NCBI GenBank assembly: GCA_964624855.1 | Contig: CAZUZW010000005.1 | Span: 2,249-66,248, forward strand | DNA length: 64,000 bases | Reading direction: 5' to 3' | DNA from: an uncultured Vicinamibacteraceae bacterium | GTDB lineage: Bacteria > Acidobacteriota > Vicinamibacteria > Vicinamibacterales > UBA8438 | In this document: piece by piece, positions 62,936 to 64,000 of the stretch | Layout of the letters: the number at the start of each line of letters is the position of its first letter | Position numbering within the stretch: the stretch's first letter is position 1 | Notes under the pieces: generated by a model | What the model saw: the letters and a program-made list of their open reading frames with translations, nothing else | Told to the model about the DNA's origin: nothing | Databases searched by the model: none | Position numbers and translations under genes: made by a program

Positions 62936-62970
62936 AGCCCGGCAGTGTATCACTCTGCCGGGCTTTTCTT
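62936..62970. terminator. rho-independent terminator after groEL, shared with the convergent TonB-family gene
   Basis: A perfect 10-bp stem AGCCCGGCAG / CTGCCGGGCT with a 9-nt loop, followed by TTTTCTT on the plus strand. It abuts the stop codon of the minus-strand gene. Confidence 0.8.
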
Positions 62971-63916
62971 ATCTCAGATTAAATTCAAGCGCGATACTCA
63001 CCAGAACGGCCACCGGTTCTCCAAAACGGGTGCCTGGAGCAAATCGCCATTGGCGCGCCGCTCTAATCGCTTCTTCGTCCAAGCCAAAAACAGGGTCCAG
63101 AGACTTCGTCACCGTAACATCACCTACGGTGCCGTCCGATAGCACTACCACTTCAAGCCACACCTCTCCTTGCACCTGGGCTCTCATCGCTTCCGAAGTG
63201 TAATTCGGCTTAACTTCACGCAGTAGTCTTGGATTGACGATGCCAGACCCTGGACGATAGACGCCACCACCAACGCCACCGCCCTGACCTGGACCCAATC
63301 CTCCCCCATCCCCAGGACCAATCCCCGTACCTTGCCCGGTTCCAGCTCCACCACCTGAGCCACTACCCTGTGACGGTGTGGAACGCGCTAAGACCGCATC
63401 TAAAACACCAGGTGACGTTTGGAGGGCCGACGCCATGGCCATCGCAGGAATACTCAACCGGTCTGCCTGCAGGGTCTCCGGTTCCGGTTCGGGTTCTACA
63501 AAGTCAGGTTCGGGTTCTACCGGTACACTCAACTCGGTCTCATCGGCACCTTCCAACTCGACGAGTCCTGGCATTTCGAGTGACTGATTTCCCCCACCGC
63601 CACCACCACCGCCGGGACCATCTTGAGGCAAAAACACTATGCCGTAGTTTTCACGGTTTGGCTCGATCAGGTCATAAACCTGTTCCGGCGCTAAACTCAT
63701 AAGAAATAGAACCAAGCCAACCGCCCCCATATGACCAGCGAACGAAGCCGCCAGTGAACTCCTCATTCTCTCTTGGTTAGCACCAAGAAGAAATGGAACG
63801 TCCTGCGGGCCAATAGTGTCAGGCTTGATCGATAAAACGACAGTTGTGGAAGACTCTCGCCTCTCAGTGAGCTTCGCTCTAACCACGGCCAAGAGTTTAG
63901 GAAGGTCCAACCCCAT
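62969..63916 (-). CDS. TonB-family energy transducer with a Glu-Pro and Gly-rich linker
   Basis: An N-terminal TM helix (HMGAVGLVLFLMSL), a linker with GGGGGGGG, VEPEPDFVEPEPEPE and GSGSGGGAGTGQGTGIGPGDGGGLGPGQGGGVGGG, and a C-terminal TonB_C-like domain (VKPNYTSEAMRAQVQGEVWLEVVVLSDGTVGDVTV...AIRAARQWRFAPG). The start is uncertain; ATG 63766 is an alternative. Confidence 0.8.
   Translation of the reverse strand: MGLDLPKLLAVVRAKLTERRESSTTVVLSIKPDTIGPQDVPFLLGANQERMRSSLAASFAGHMGAVGLVLFLMSLAPEQVYDLIEPNRENYGIVFLPQDGPGGGGGGGGNQSLEMPGLVELEGADETELSVPVEPEPDFVEPEPEPETLQADRLSIPAMAMASALQTSPGVLDAVLARSTPSQGSGSGGGAGTGQGTGIGPGDGGGLGPGQGGGVGGGVYRPGSGIVNPRLLREVKPNYTSEAMRAQVQGEVWLEVVVLSDGTVGDVTVTKSLDPVFGLDEEAIRAARQWRFAPGTRFGEPVAVLVSIALEFNLR
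63486..63520. repeat. in-frame 21-nt-period direct repeat (GGTTCGGGTTCTAC x2) inside the TonB-family linker
   Basis: Read directly at 63486..63499 and 63507..63520. It encodes the duplicated VEPEP units on the minus strand. Confidence 0.85.
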
Positions 63917-64000
63917 CTATCTCAGTTACTCAGAAGTAAACATTTACTGGTTATACGCGACCTGACCAAGCGCCTATTGCTGCATTCCCCCCGCCATACG

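Noticed and set aside
63240-63620. Repetitive G/C-rich DNA (runs of CCACC/GGTTC units) as a possible tandem-repeat or CRISPR-like locus
   Set aside because: It is in frame within the TonB-family gene and simply encodes the Gly-rich and Glu-Pro linker. The repeat units are short, degenerate and unspaced.

Overview
This window is a core-genome segment from a diderm-type bacterium: it encodes Kdo/LPS synthesis genes, LapB, a LolA-like protein and a TonB-family protein. GC content is moderate. Packing is very tight, with about 70 protein genes plus one tRNA, roughly nine-tenths coding by my tally of gaps. About a dozen gene junctions are 4-nt start/stop overlaps (ATGA/GTGA/TTGA), and many genes use GTG or TTG starts.

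Content by block:
(1) 1-9478, minus strand: mdh-sucC-sucD-korA-korB (2-oxoglutarate:ferredoxin oxidoreductase)-ndk-DUF2905-dcd-HEAT protein-Rieske-cytochrome b fragment.
(2) 9896-17655, plus strand: serA, then kdsB-pyrG-kdsA-kdsD-lapB-coaE.
(3) folD, two Na+-coupled amino-acid symporters, and M24 peptidase-accB-accC-thiE.
(4) 25480-33113, plus strand: rplM-rpsI-rpsB-tsf-pyrH-frr, two ThrC-family paralogues flanking tRNA-Ala(CGC), a rhodanese-like domain and a LolA-like protein.
(5) 33139-40471, minus strand: nagZ-ldcA-mpl-pxpB-pxpC-murB-murA.
(6) A GHMP sugar kinase and PolX with a coupled small ORF.
(7) 43627-56781, minus strand: pgpA-cinA-gpsA-ftsY-ribD-ribE-ribBA-ffh-rpsP-KH-rimM-trmD-rplS-rnhB-small membrane ORF-ThiE/TenI paralogue-rodZ.
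(8) A formimidoyltransferase domain, nrdR, a UPF0104 membrane protein, purC, a Fis-type HTH protein, groES-groEL behind a CIRCE-like operator, and a TonB-family protein.

I see no rRNA, CRISPR array, transposase, integrase, prophage, toxin-antitoxin or recognisable defence genes, and no obvious compositional island. I could not find a convincing self-contained novel system. The noteworthy items are contextual or residue-level anomalies:
- a peptidoglycan recycling plus synthesis super-operon with an embedded PxpB/PxpC pair and no PxpA;
- MurA with Asp at the fosfomycin-target Cys position;
- a divergently transcribed anomeric-type GHMP kinase;
- duplicated ThrC-family genes around a tRNA;
- a symmetric CIRCE variant;
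- one 0.4-kb non-coding region with repeats.

All product calls come from motifs I recognise in the supplied translations. No search was run. The lineage is not established; the GroEL and TonB style is reminiscent of Acidobacteriota-like organisms, but that is only an impression.
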